A stretch of DNA of 64,000 nt from Cyanobacteriota bacterium (GCA_046045965.1 JBJOKS010000002.1:128001-192000); one strand, 5' to 3'; counted from the first letter of the stretch, positions 10,409-21,279 are shown. Notes: generated from the sequence alone by a model not told the origin. Made by a program: numbers and translations.

Positions 10409-11554
10409 CTATTCCTTATTCCCTATTCCCTGATTCTCTATTCCCTTTTTTTGATAGCTATGAAGATGAGCTAATGTAATCAGGTTATCTAATGAAATGG
10501 TCGTATTGGTATGATAAGACTGGATACCAATATTTACAGCTAGGGGAAACGGTAACTGTTGAGTCTGATTGAATTGGTCGATATTGGTTTCCACTCGGTT
10601 TTGTATCACTTCACAAGTAGAATCATATCCCTGGATTAGCACTGCAAACTCATCTTCCCCAATTCTTCCTAATGTGTCAGAAGTGCGGAAACTTCGTTTG
10701 AGCAATCTTGCAACTGCAACGATAGCATCTTCGCCGAGTTCATGACCAAAGGTTTCCTGAATTTGTTCGAGTCCATTCACTTCAATGAACATCAAATTAG
10801 TGTAAATTTGCGCTTGCGTGGAGCGCACTGCTGTAGGTAATCGCTTGGCTAATCTTAGCTGTTGTTCAGCCAACAGGAAAAAGCCACGTCGATTATGTAG
10901 TTTAGTGAGTTCGTCTGTGAGTGAGAGTCGTCGGACTTCCGCTTCCATCGCTTTGCGTTCTTGTCTTTCTTTTTGCAGAAGAGTATTCGCGGTTTCTAGG
11001 GCGGTTGTGCGATCGCGCAATTGTCTTTCTAGTTGAGAATATGTCTGTACATTCTCCATAGCCACCGCTGTACTATCTGCTAGTAATTGCAGCAATTTTA
11101 CCTCTTCTGTAGTCGCTTGATGCTGCTGTAACCAATAAGTGCCAATTGCACCAATCGGTTCATCGGTACTGATGGGAACCATAGCCATACTTTTGACAAA
11201 TGTATCTTTATCAATAGTCCTGGAAGTTCTTTGATCTTTAGATACGTCTTCTATAATTGTCGGCTCACGGTTCAGCATTACCCAACCGCCGATACAGGTA
11301 TTGATCGGAAATCGCTGACCTTTCCACAGGGGAGCTATAGCATTCTCATCAACGTAGTAGGAAAAGCCATTATCTAATAGTACAAACGTCGCTCCATCAG
11401 AATTGGTTAGTTCGCGGACTGCTACTAGCACAATTTTCGTAATCTCTTCTAAGGTGTGTGCCAAGCATAAGTTTTGAACTACTTTTAACAACTTCTCTAG
11501 TGACTGGAAATAATACTCAGTACCAACCGTTGGAGATTCAATTTTGATGTACAT
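10409..11554 (-). CDS. GAF + GGDEF-domain protein (degenerate GEDEF)
   Basis: GAF domain, coiled coil, DELTKLHNRR, RIGEDEF. Confidence 0.88.
   Translation of the reverse strand: MYIKIESPTVGTEYYFQSLEKLLKVVQNLCLAHTLEEITKIVLVAVRELTNSDGATFVLLDNGFSYYVDENAIAPLWKGQRFPINTCIGGWVMLNREPTIIEDVSKDQRTSRTIDKDTFVKSMAMVPISTDEPIGAIGTYWLQQHQATTEEVKLLQLLADSTAVAMENVQTYSQLERQLRDRTTALETANTLLQKERQERKAMEAEVRRLSLTDELTKLHNRRGFFLLAEQQLRLAKRLPTAVRSTQAQIYTNLMFIEVNGLEQIQETFGHELGEDAIVAVARLLKRSFRTSDTLGRIGEDEFAVLIQGYDSTCEVIQNRVETNIDQFNQTQQLPFPLAVNIGIQSYHTNTTISLDNLITLAHLHSYQKKGIENQGIGNKE
10810..10844. mobile_element. SDR5-like 27-nt in-frame insertion in a HIP1 site within the GGDEF gene
   Basis: Minus strand reads GCGAT[TACCTACAGCAGTGCGCTCCACGCAAG]CGC; removing the insert restores GCGATCGC. 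Confidence 0.75.
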
Positions 11555-11699
11555 AAAATTTTTGCCCCCTGTGTTTTACACTATATAATTGCTGCTCTGT
11601 GAGCTACGATATCAAAATATTTACAGAAATGTAATCTTCTTCGTAACCACTTTTATCGTATATTTACTAAGTATTCAAATTCATAATTTACATATCATA

Positions 11700-12425
11700 A
11701 TGACTGATTGGCTTTATCAATACCCTAAATTATACCCTGGGATTTTACTTAAACGCTACAAGCGTTTTTTTGCTGATGTTCAACTTGTCTCTGGGGAAAT
11801 TGTCACAGCACACTGCCCTAATACCGGACCAATGACGGGAGTTTCCACAGTAGGTAGTGCTGTACAGTTGTCTCAAAGTGATAATCCTCAGCGAAAATTA
11901 GCTTATACTTTGGAGTTAATTCAAGTAAATGAACCAGAAACGACTTGGGTAGGCGTAAATACCGCTTTACCTAACCGAGTAGTGAAACTAGCTTTAGAAA
12001 AACATCTTTTCCCTGAATTAAGTGAATATACAGCAATTAAGGGAGAAGTAGTTTATGGCAAAGATCAAAAAAGCCGGGTAGATTTTTACTTAACAGGAAA
12101 CGATGAACAACGACCGATTTATTTAGAAGTTAAAAATACTACTTGGACTCAAGGTAATTTAGCACTTTTTCCCGACACGGAAACCACCAGAGGACAAAAA
12201 CATTTGCGGGAATTAATGGAAGTTTTACCCCAAAGCCGTGCGGTAATGTTGTATTTTATTAATCGTGGTGATTGTCCAGAGTTTGCCCCTGGTGACACTA
12301 AAGATCCTCTATATGGTAAGTTGTTACGACAAGCGATCGCTCTCGGTTTAGAAATCTTACCCTGTCGTTTTGATATTTCCCCAGCAGGTATCCGTTATTT
12401 GGGTTTAGCAAAACTGAAAATTTAA
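11700..12425 (+). CDS. sfsA: DNA/RNA nuclease SfsA
   Basis: KRYKRFFADV, HCPNTGPM, EVK, FPDTETTRGQKHL. Confidence 0.95.
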   Translation: MTDWLYQYPKLYPGILLKRYKRFFADVQLVSGEIVTAHCPNTGPMTGVSTVGSAVQLSQSDNPQRKLAYTLELIQVNEPETTWVGVNTALPNRVVKLALEKHLFPELSEYTAIKGEVVYGKDQKSRVDFYLTGNDEQRPIYLEVKNTTWTQGNLALFPDTETTRGQKHLRELMEVLPQSRAVMLYFINRGDCPEFAPGDTKDPLYGKLLRQAIALGLEILPCRFDISPAGIRYLGLAKLKI

Positions 12426-12441
12426 TAATTTTATCAACATA

Positions 12442-12924
12442 ATGATAATTGTGATCATGGGTGTTTCAGGTTCTGGTAAAACCACTATCGGTCAACTTTT
12501 AGCAGCATCACTGAACTGGGAATTTATCGACGCTGACAGTTTTCACCCACAAGCAAACATTGCCAAAATGCAGCTTGGTATTCCCCTCAGTGATGCGGAT
12601 AGAATACCTTGGTTACAAGATTTACAAAGCTATATCAAAAGTTGGTTGCAAGAAAATAAAAATGTAGTTTTAGCCTGTTCTGCACTTAAAGCTAGTTATC
12701 GGCAAATATTGATCATTGATAACCGTGTTCAACTGGTTTATGCACAAGGTTCTTATGATGTCATTCACGAACGACTCAGAAGGCGGCAAAATCACTTTAT
12801 GAGTGAAAAACTCCTCAAAAGCCAGTTTAATGACCTTGAGGAGCCGGATAACGCTATTTACATTGATGTTTCCCTATCGGCTGAAGTGAGTGTTGCTCAA
12901 ATTAGAAGGGTTTTAGGGGTTTAG
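12442..12924 (+). CDS. Gluconokinase
   Basis: MGVSGSGKTT, DADSFHP, ACSALK, SQF..LE motifs. Confidence 0.92.
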   Translation: MIIVIMGVSGSGKTTIGQLLAASLNWEFIDADSFHPQANIAKMQLGIPLSDADRIPWLQDLQSYIKSWLQENKNVVLACSALKASYRQILIIDNRVQLVYAQGSYDVIHERLRRRQNHFMSEKLLKSQFNDLEEPDNAIYIDVSLSAEVSVAQIRRVLGV

Positions 12925-13062
12925 CTGATTTGATGGGATGAGGTACACACGGGCGGGCAGGATGCCCACCCCACAAGAGTTATAATATTAAGATGCGTAC
13001 TTCATTTATTTACAAAATGCTGTATATCTCATATTCCCCTGGTTGCGGTGTTAGTTAAATCA

Positions 13063-14040
13063 TTAAAGTTGATGATCAGCCAGAAAAGCATCAACTTCTT
13101 GGGCAGTGGGTTGAGATGCGATCGCACCAGGTTTAATGGTAGTCAACGCTCCTACAGCACTAGCATAGGTAACAACTCGTTTAGCAGTTTCTCCATCCCG
13201 TAAACTTTGAATACCCGACTTACTCAACTGATGGATAAACCCAGCCAAAAAGCTATCTCCCGCACCAGTGGTATCGACAACAGGGATGGAAAACGCTGGT
13301 AATTTACCTTCGTTCTCACCTAAACAATAGGAACAACCATTTTCACCATCTGTTACTAAAACCCCTTCCAATGAATTCAGTCGGTAAGTAATTGCTCCAG
13401 GGTCTTTAGTATCAAATAGCCATTCAGCTTCTTCTTTAGTCAGTTTGAGAAAATCGAACCGCTTTAATAATGCTAGAATTTTCGACTTGGCTGTATTCTC
13501 ATCTTGCCAAAATACTGGTCGCCAATTTACATCTAAGATAATTTTCAGGTCATATTGTTCTGCTAACTCTAAGGCTCGCAAAACTGCTTGCTCACTTTCA
13601 GGATAGGCTAGTTCTAAAGTTCCTACTACCAAAAAGTTTGCTTCATCAAATATCCCAGGTGGTAATTTTTTGGCTTGTAACCGGGTATCGGCAAACTCGC
13701 TAGTATCATATTTACCAAAACCTGCAAAAGAGCGATCGCCCGCTAAATCCCTGACTACATAAACCTGTCGCGTTGGTGCTGTGGGATGACGTTGCACACC
13801 CGTTGTATCTACACCTACATTTTGTAATAACTTCACCAGTGTATTACCGGGTTCATCTTCACCTACTGCACCAATAAAACCTGCTGGGGTTCCCAGTTTG
13901 ACTAAAGCACAAGCAACATTAGCTGGCGCTCCCCCTGGGTAGGGAGTCCAAGACTTGACTTCTGACAGCTTTAGCCCGATTTGATCAGCTAAACAATCAA
14001 ACAAAACTTCGCCAAGGCACAAAACATGGGGATTACTCAT
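13063..14040 (-). CDS. PfkB-family carbohydrate kinase (fructokinase-like)
   Basis: GGAPANVA, DVNWR, DTTGAGDSF. Confidence 0.93.
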   Translation of the reverse strand: MSNPHVLCLGEVLFDCLADQIGLKLSEVKSWTPYPGGAPANVACALVKLGTPAGFIGAVGEDEPGNTLVKLLQNVGVDTTGVQRHPTAPTRQVYVVRDLAGDRSFAGFGKYDTSEFADTRLQAKKLPPGIFDEANFLVVGTLELAYPESEQAVLRALELAEQYDLKIILDVNWRPVFWQDENTAKSKILALLKRFDFLKLTKEEAEWLFDTKDPGAITYRLNSLEGVLVTDGENGCSYCLGENEGKLPAFSIPVVDTTGAGDSFLAGFIHQLSKSGIQSLRDGETAKRVVTYASAVGALTTIKPGAIASQPTAQEVDAFLADHQL

Positions 14041-14395
14041 TTTCGATTTACGTCTTGGGATTAGGAATCTTGGGAATCTGTATAAAATCTACAACAATCT
14101 TTATTCCTCTGTCTTCACTTATTCATAGAATACAATAGCAGATTTTGTCACTAAATATAGTGCATAATGCTATTAAATTCCAAAATTTATAACTTCAGTA
14201 GCTAAGAGAGATTTTATAAAAAATAGTAATATTTATTACTATTATCTTGCTCAAGTCAACTCAGTTCCAAATTAAATCTAAATTAAATCTTGACTTTGGT
14301 ATTAAGAGGAACATTTACAACGTCTACCTCTGAGAGAATCTTTTAGAATTAGAAAGAGTGATTGAGTACATATACCAAGGGAGAATAAATAAGTC

Positions 14396-14671
14396 ATGGC
14401 TGCTAGTGAGTCTGGGACCCCTGTTAGTCTGTCAGACAGAGAACTGCAAATTATCGACTTAGTGGCCGCTGGCTTAACTAACCAAGAAATTGCAGGAAAA
14501 CTGGAGATTAGCAAACGTACAGTTGATAACCATATCAGCAACATCCTCACCAAAACTAAAACTGACAACCGAGTCGCTTTGGTTCGCTGGGCTTTACAAT
14601 GGGGTAAAGTATGCTTAAACGATGTTAATTGCTGCACTCTGCCTAACTACAACGATGCAGATGTTGGTTAG
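14396..14671 (+). CDS. pedR: Small LuxR-type regulator, PedR-like
   Basis: LSDRELQII HTH with C-terminal WGKVCLNDVNCC cysteines. Confidence 0.8.
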   Translation: MAASESGTPVSLSDRELQIIDLVAAGLTNQEIAGKLEISKRTVDNHISNILTKTKTDNRVALVRWALQWGKVCLNDVNCCTLPNYNDADVG

Positions 14672-15058
14672 TTGATTGCTATTAATCACTTCTACGATGC
14701 TGAAAAGTTAATTCTGAGGTTTACCGGTTGTTCTCCTCCTCACTTCTATTTTTCAGTGTGAACCTCAACCATCAGTTCTGAAATTTTCACTCAGCACCAG
14801 TTGAAGCTCAGGAATCAGTCGATTTTTGAAGTCGGAACTTACATATCAGAATTCTTCATTCTTCTTGCGATTTAGCTTAAGCAGACTACCGAAGAAAGAT
14901 CAAGGAATCTCTTGACTTCCTATAGAAGTCGGGGAAAAGATAAGGGGAAAAGAGCGTAATTTTATTTACCCTTTACCCTTTACCTTTAGTGACATCGATC
15001 ATTTGGAAAAGTTGTAGACTGAAAAGGAACCTATTTTGCTTTCTCAGCTTGGGGGAAA

Positions 15059-15712
15059 ATGAATACTCCTGCTTCTTTTCCAGATCACTCATCTCCCTTT
15101 AACTTTTTTAACCTCGACTTGATAGCGCCATCACCGCATCAAGATACAGATTTACTCCAACAGCTATCTTTTGTCCCCGGTTTGCAAGAAATTCTTATGT
15201 TGCGTCAGGTTCACGCCCTAGAACACGCTACTGTTTGGGTTCTGGGTGAAACTCAAAGTGTTTATTCCTCTCCTCAAAAGCCTACTAATGTCCAGTTCGA
15301 TAACGAGTCATTAAGCGGTTTATCCACAGAACAAGGCTTTTATCTTTATGGTGAGGTGAATATTAGTCATTTGCGGCGTGCGGTAACACTGGCCCAGCAT
15401 CGTCTCACTAACGGAGAATGGGATTTAGCTGTCCATCCTCGTTGTGGTACAAATTTATCTGTGGCAATGTTATTAACTGCTGGACTTGCTGTAGGTGTCT
15501 ATGTAATGTTACCATTTCGACCAGTTGAGCAAATAATAGGTTTAGGATTAGCAGCAACTACGGCCTCTGAACTTGCACCAGATTTAGGAGCGATCGCTCA
15601 ACGTTATTTAACAACAGCTATCCCCTTTAACCTCACAATTGAAAATATCATTCGTACACGGGACACTTGGGGTAAGGAGGCACATTTTGTTAGGGTAAAA
15701 TGGCGGGAATAA
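15059..15712 (+). CDS. Conserved membrane-associated protein (DUF6391-like)
   Basis: HALEHAT and HPRCGTN motifs; hydrophobic C-terminal half. Confidence 0.65.
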   Translation: MNTPASFPDHSSPFNFFNLDLIAPSPHQDTDLLQQLSFVPGLQEILMLRQVHALEHATVWVLGETQSVYSSPQKPTNVQFDNESLSGLSTEQGFYLYGEVNISHLRRAVTLAQHRLTNGEWDLAVHPRCGTNLSVAMLLTAGLAVGVYVMLPFRPVEQIIGLGLAATTASELAPDLGAIAQRYLTTAIPFNLTIENIIRTRDTWGKEAHFVRVKWRE

Positions 15713-15762
15713 TTCATAATTCATAATTTATAATTCATAATTCATAATTCATAATTCATAAT
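15710..15762. repeat. STRR array (AATTCAT)n
   Basis: About 7 copies filling the intergenic space. Confidence 0.9.
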
Positions 15763-15763
15763 C

Positions 15764-16759
15764 ATGAGAAAGCTTTACTTTTTACTGCCAGGAACAGACG
15801 GAAAATTTGCCTGTGGTGGTTTATGGGCAGAATTAAAAACATTTAATTTAGCTCAAAATATTTGTAGTGCGGAAGTTGTCACTTATCGACAGAAAGAAAA
15901 AAATAAACTTTTTCTTGATGACTTATTACAAAATGAAAATCATGAAAATTTAGATAATGTAATATTTGTTATTAGTTGGGGATTTGATATTGCTAAACTT
16001 GCGCCTAAACTGCAAAAATACAATCTCGTTTATCATGCTCATAGTGCAGGTTATAAATTTAGTCTTCCCTCTAGTATTCCTATTATTACAGTCAGCCGCA
16101 ACACAATGGGATATTGGGGACAAAAATCACCCAATAATTTAATTTATTATTTACCTAATCAAATCGCTGATGAATTTACAAACTTACAGTTAAACAGAGA
16201 TATTGATGTTTTAGTTCAAGCACGAAAATCTTCTGAATATTTAATCAAAGCATTAATTCCTGCATTGCAAAAACATTGTAAAGTCTTTGTTGTTGATTCT
16301 TATATCGAAGATTTACCAGGTTTATTCAACCGAGCTAAAATCTACCTCTATGACTCTGCTGAATATTGGGCGTTACAGGGAGTAAGTGAAGGTTTTGGTT
16401 TACAACCAATGGAAGCTCTCGCTTGTGGTTGTCAGGTTTTTTCCAGCGTTAATGGCGGACTTTCTGATTATTTAGATCCGGGATTTAATTGCTGTAAAAT
16501 AGCTGGTTATTCTCTAGAATATGATATACAACGTATTCTCAAAACTCTAGAATCTCCCGTTTCTTTAAATTTACTACCAGAGATTTTAACAGAGTACAGA
16601 ACTGATAACATTATTAAACGATTTACAGTAATTTTATCAGAAATAAATACTTTCTTTGACCACAAAAACCATTACTCAGCTAATATTCAAGATTTAACCC
16701 AATTGCGTCTAATAAAACTCTTTATACAGAGAGTATACAAAAAACTGAAACAGAATTAA
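15764..16759 (+). CDS. GT-B (GT4-like) glycosyltransferase
   Basis: EGFGLQPMEALACG motif. Confidence 0.85.
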   Translation: MRKLYFLLPGTDGKFACGGLWAELKTFNLAQNICSAEVVTYRQKEKNKLFLDDLLQNENHENLDNVIFVISWGFDIAKLAPKLQKYNLVYHAHSAGYKFSLPSSIPIITVSRNTMGYWGQKSPNNLIYYLPNQIADEFTNLQLNRDIDVLVQARKSSEYLIKALIPALQKHCKVFVVDSYIEDLPGLFNRAKIYLYDSAEYWALQGVSEGFGLQPMEALACGCQVFSSVNGGLSDYLDPGFNCCKIAGYSLEYDIQRILKTLESPVSLNLLPEILTEYRTDNIIKRFTVILSEINTFFDHKNHYSANIQDLTQLRLIKLFIQRVYKKLKQN

Positions 16760-17266
16760 GAATTGTCTGGAACTTGCAAAGGTATTTGAGCTTTAATGCG
16801 AAAAATTATAATTTAAAGCGTAGACAAATAACTAAATGCAACCGGACACTGATTTCTTGGAGAAGTCGAGGATTTGAAGACTCAAAAAGCCAATGTCAAG
16901 GTTTACTGATATAACGACCCCCGTATAGAACTGAATGTTATGATTTCCTGACAAAGTGATCCCCCAAGGGCTGATAAATACGTGAAATAGGCAAAAAACC
17001 GTCTTCATACCCCTTGATCACTAGGCATGAATACCTGTTAATATTTCTTTAACAAAAGCACGCCGCTGATCCCAAAGAAATGCTAATCATGGCAAAACTA
17101 GGAATCAGAAAGCGTGAAAATCCATTTAAAAACAAACTAAAACACTTATAAACTGGGCAAAACCAGAGTCAGGAATAAGAAACTCATCTGGGATAGATGA
17201 CATTTTATCAACCATTCTATAACCAGGGGAAGTCATTTACCCTTAAAACTACTGGAGGCCAAATTA

Positions 17267-18514
17267 ATGGCAAAAGAACGCCCACCGCTAGAGGAGATGA
17301 CATTAAGGCAACTTCGTAAAGTTGCTAGTGAGTATGGAATTTCTCGCTATAGCCGAATGCGTAAATCTCAATTACTGGCATCGATTCAAGAAGTACAACG
17401 CAACAAAGTCTCGCTTAGTCCATCTCGTTCACTGGAGGCACAGGAAACCGTGGAAGCTGCAAAGTTTGAATTAGGTCAGGAAGATCGCACTGGTGGTTCT
17501 CTCGCTGATGTTGATGAAGCATTAGCTGATTTACCAGGTGGTTATGGTGAAAGTCGCATTGTTTTGTTACCTCGTGATCCACAATGGGCTTATACATACT
17601 GGGATATTCCCAATGATCATAAAGAAGAACTGCGCCGTCAAGGTGGTCAGCAACTAGCGTTGCGGATTTATGATGTTACTGATATTAGTCTGGATCATCA
17701 AAGTCCCCACAGCATCCAGGAATATCCAGCCGATGAACTAGCCAGAGAATGGTATTTACCCATTCCTGTGAGCGATCGCGATTATGTGATAGATATCGGT
17801 TATCGTACCCCAGATGGTGGCTGGTTGGTATTGGCTCGTTCCGCTAGAGTCCACATTCCTCCTGTATATCCTTCTGACTGGATCGAAGATGTCTTCATCA
17901 CTGTAGACTTTGAAGAAGACTTGCGCGGTAAAACTAAGTATGAATTGGTTCCCCCAGCTAAGAAAATCGCCACTACTGCTGCTGGTGCAGGTGGAAACCC
18001 CATTTACGACCAAATCTTTGGTATGGCAGAATCTGCCGAAGCTCAACGGGTTGCTGGTTCTCTTTTCGGTTCTATGCAGCACGTAGCCGGTTCTGTCCGT
18101 CCAGAACAAGCTATCAGTTCCTACGTCTTCCCATCTGGTGTGGGTATGTGGGCAGTTCCTACCGTGTCTGGTTTAACCATGTCCGGTGTGGGTATGTCTG
18201 GTGTTGGTTTCTCAGCTTCTGCTGTACCAGTACGTCCCCGCAAATTCTGGTTAATTGCTGATGCTGAATTGATTGTATATGGTGCAACTGAACCAGATGC
18301 AACTGTAACTATTGGTGGTCGTCCTATTAAACTCAATTCAGATGGTACATTCCGTTTCCAAATGTCCTTCCAAGATGGTGTAATTGATTACCCAATTTTG
18401 GCTGTTGCTGCTGATGGTGAACAAACTCGTTCTATTCACATGAAGTTTGAACGGGAAACACCTTCTCGCAATACCAACACCAAGGATGAAGCTGTTCTGG
18501 AATGGCTTAAATAA
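17267..18514 (+). CDS. Rho-N domain + DUF4912 protein
   Basis: LEEMTLRQLRKVA Rho-N-like start; LLPRDPQWAYTYWD; C-terminal FWLIADAELIVYGAT. Confidence 0.88.
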   Translation: MAKERPPLEEMTLRQLRKVASEYGISRYSRMRKSQLLASIQEVQRNKVSLSPSRSLEAQETVEAAKFELGQEDRTGGSLADVDEALADLPGGYGESRIVLLPRDPQWAYTYWDIPNDHKEELRRQGGQQLALRIYDVTDISLDHQSPHSIQEYPADELAREWYLPIPVSDRDYVIDIGYRTPDGGWLVLARSARVHIPPVYPSDWIEDVFITVDFEEDLRGKTKYELVPPAKKIATTAAGAGGNPIYDQIFGMAESAEAQRVAGSLFGSMQHVAGSVRPEQAISSYVFPSGVGMWAVPTVSGLTMSGVGMSGVGFSASAVPVRPRKFWLIADAELIVYGATEPDATVTIGGRPIKLNSDGTFRFQMSFQDGVIDYPILAVAADGEQTRSIHMKFERETPSRNTNTKDEAVLEWLK

Positions 18515-18557
18515 AGTTTGAATTTTACATTACCCATAACTGCATTTTTTAATATTT

Positions 18558-18588
18558 CCCGCTATAGTTATTCTGTGGCGGGTTTTTT
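18558..18588 (+). terminator. Intrinsic terminator
   Basis: CCCGCTATAG...CTGTGGCGGG stem followed by T6. Confidence 0.8.
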
Positions 18589-18666
18589 ATGTAGGAGGCA
18601 GGAGGCAGGAGGCAGAAGGCAGGAGTAAAATATTTTTGTTGTCATAAAAATTCTTTGTAAGTCTGT

Positions 18667-19650
18667 ATGTTTATAAATAAATTGAATTTAATACCTCTCT
18701 CCAAACCTCTCTCCTACAAGGAGAGAGGCTTTGAGTTTTCTTTCTCTTTATTGATTTCCATAATTACCACAGGTTTATTATTAGGTAATCAGGATATGGT
18801 AGCGAATTCAGCCCCAAAATCAGCTGCTAATTGTCCTGGGAATAATTCACAGTTTAGTATGGAATTTTTTAAGACTAATAATAAGGGTGAAAAATATTCT
18901 AAAGGCATCAATCATGTGATTCTCTTTAATCCTAAATCCCCAAGTTTAGATTTTAAGGTGAATGTGGGTTTGGCTCATAAAATATATGCTAAAGATGGTA
19001 GGGGGAATTTTAGGAGAGAATACATTCCTAAATATTTTAGTCAATTGATAGCTGATGAAAATTCTCAGTTAAATGGTAGAAAACCTATTGCTGCTATTAA
19101 TGCAGATTATATAGATACTGTAAATAAACCCCAAGGTTTAAATATTTCTCGTGGGGTAGAATATTCTGGTGCATTTAAAAATAGACGTTCTTCTTTTGGA
19201 ATATCTGGAGGAAACCCAAGAGAACGTATAGCTACTATTGATACTGGAAGAAGAGGAGCAAATTTTCTTAATTATAATCTCGTGGGAGGTAATGGCAGAT
19301 TTTACCGTCAAGGTGTTTTTAAAGATATTTGCAAAGCTTTGGGTGAATTTGCTTGTAAAGGTGCAACTAATCGCTCTATGGTAGCAGTTACAAGTAAAGG
19401 TTATGTGATTTTGTTAGTTAATGATGTGAAAGCTAGTTCTAGTATTCAAACTTCTGCAATTAATAAAGAGTTGCTACCCAGTCAGTTTGATGATGTGTTA
19501 TCAGGTATTGCTAGAAATAATTGTTTGGGGAGAATTCAAGAAGGAATGTTGTTTGATGGGGGGATGTCTCCGGGGTTGTTTTATAATAATAAGGTTTATG
19601 TGGAAAATTTTGGTCCCATTGGTTCGGTGTTTCTGATTTATAAGAAGTGA
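18667..19650 (+). CDS. Phosphodiester glycosidase (NAGPA)-like secreted protein
   Basis: AAINADY, NRSMV and FDGGMS motifs. Start uncertain because a palindromic repeat sits in the 5' end. Confidence 0.6.
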   Translation: MFINKLNLIPLSKPLSYKERGFEFSFSLLISIITTGLLLGNQDMVANSAPKSAANCPGNNSQFSMEFFKTNNKGEKYSKGINHVILFNPKSPSLDFKVNVGLAHKIYAKDGRGNFRREYIPKYFSQLIADENSQLNGRKPIAAINADYIDTVNKPQGLNISRGVEYSGAFKNRRSSFGISGGNPRERIATIDTGRRGANFLNYNLVGGNGRFYRQGVFKDICKALGEFACKGATNRSMVAVTSKGYVILLVNDVKASSSIQTSAINKELLPSQFDDVLSGIARNNCLGRIQEGMLFDGGMSPGLFYNNKVYVENFGPIGSVFLIYKK

Positions 19651-20120
19651 AAGTAAAATTTCAAGATGCTGAAATTATCAAGCTATACTAGAATAACTAG
19701 AATAAAATAGCCATAGCCGAAGCACAGAATTTACAGGATATATCAAAAAACTCCCTTGATTCCTAAATTATAAGTAAAAACTATTAATTTATATATTTTT
19801 AATAAGTTTTTTTTGAAAAAATTTTTTGTTTTTTAGGGTTCACGGGGCGGCGGCTGTGGTAAGATAGTTTTATTAATATAATAGGATGTAAGCAAAATTT
19901 TTATCGAGGCACACATTCCCATTATAAAAATACCACTTCTAGAAGAAAAAGTCAATCGGTTGGAACCCCAAAAAACGAATTTTTTTTTGAATTTTTGAAT
20001 TTTTTTTAACTTTTATTTAATTTTTGTGAAGCTTGGAGAAAATCGGCAGCGGGATTTCAGATAGAAGAATCATAACACAAAAAACATCCTGTCAATCCTG
20101 ATTCAGAGAAATGGATATTA

Positions 20121-21074
20121 CTATTTTTCATATTGTTCATAAGCAGCAACAATCCGCTGTACTAGAGGATGACGGACAACATCTTTTTGGGTAAATTCAC
20201 AAAACGCTATCCCTTCAACGTGCTTCAAAATTTGTAAAGCTGTTGTTAACCCTGATTGCTGGTAATGTGGTAAATCGGTTTGTGTGATATCACCTGTAAT
20301 CACCATGCGTGAACCAAACCCCAAGCGAGTTAAAACCATTTTCATTTGCGCTGGTGTGGTATTTTGGGCTTCATCAACAATCACAAAAGCATTGTTTAAA
20401 GTGCGTCCTCGCATATATGCCAATGGTGCAACTTCAATCACACCACGTTCCATTAAATTAGGTACTTTTTCGGGGTCGATAAATTCATTAATAGCATCAT
20501 AAAGAGGACGGAGATAGGGGTTAACTTTTTGTTGCAAGTCTCCTGGCAAAAATCCCAATTTTTCCCCAGCTTCCACCGCAGGACGAGTTAAAATTAAGCG
20601 TTCAAATTGATTAGATAAAAGTTCTTGAACAGCGACGACAACCGCGAGATAGGTTTTACCAGTTCCCGCAGGACCAATACCAAAAGTGAGATCGCGTTTG
20701 CGGATAGCTTCAATATATTGTCGTTGACGAAAGGTTTTAGCGCGGACTTCTTGACCACGACGACTTTTAGCGAGGATATCGCGTTGGAGGTCTTGGAGTT
20801 CACCTTGGCGATCGCTATCTAATGCCTGACGGGCTGTTAAAATATCAGCAGTTGAGATATTATTACCTTTACTCCAGAGATTTTCCAGCGATCGCACTAA
20901 ACGCATTGCTAGATCAACCTGCTTTTCTTGACCAGCAATGAGCAATTCTTGTCCGCGCAGAACTAAATTAGCTCCTGTTTGTTGAGACAGAAACTTGAGA
21001 TTTGCTTCCCCATATCCCGCTAGAGCGATCGCACTGGGAATATTAGGCAGTTGAATTGTTAAAGCACCTGCCAT
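20121..21074 (-). CDS. phoH: PhoH-family ATPase
   Basis: GPAGTGKT, LTRPAVEAGE, YMRGRT, DEAQN. Confidence 0.95.
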   Translation of the reverse strand: MAGALTIQLPNIPSAIALAGYGEANLKFLSQQTGANLVLRGQELLIAGQEKQVDLAMRLVRSLENLWSKGNNISTADILTARQALDSDRQGELQDLQRDILAKSRRGQEVRAKTFRQRQYIEAIRKRDLTFGIGPAGTGKTYLAVVVAVQELLSNQFERLILTRPAVEAGEKLGFLPGDLQQKVNPYLRPLYDAINEFIDPEKVPNLMERGVIEVAPLAYMRGRTLNNAFVIVDEAQNTTPAQMKMVLTRLGFGSRMVITGDITQTDLPHYQQSGLTTALQILKHVEGIAFCEFTQKDVVRHPLVQRIVAAYEQYEK

Positions 21075-21099
21075 AGTTTTTGTAAAATGCTGAGTATAT

Positions 21100-21132
21100 A
21101 GATCCCCAACTTCTTTGAGAAGTCGAGGATCT
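21100..21132. repeat. REP-like palindromic dispersed repeat (AGATCCCCGACTTC-N-GAAGTCGGGGATCT family)
   Basis: Imperfect palindrome; other copies at ~14907, ~16851, ~31368 and ~33307. Confidence 0.8.
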
Positions 21133-21279
21133 AAGTATTGCGTTTTTTAAGTCGAAGCTTAGGGAGCAACGAGAGATTGCAAAAACATTTAATTTGACAA
21201 TCTGATTGCCACCTATATCTATCTTTACCAGAACTGCTTACTGGCTGAGTCTCCTCAACATTACCAGTTTAAACTAAAC

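Noticed and set aside
19833..19922. 29-codon minus-strand ORF MGMCASIK...
   Set aside because: No RBS or recognisable features; likely spurious.
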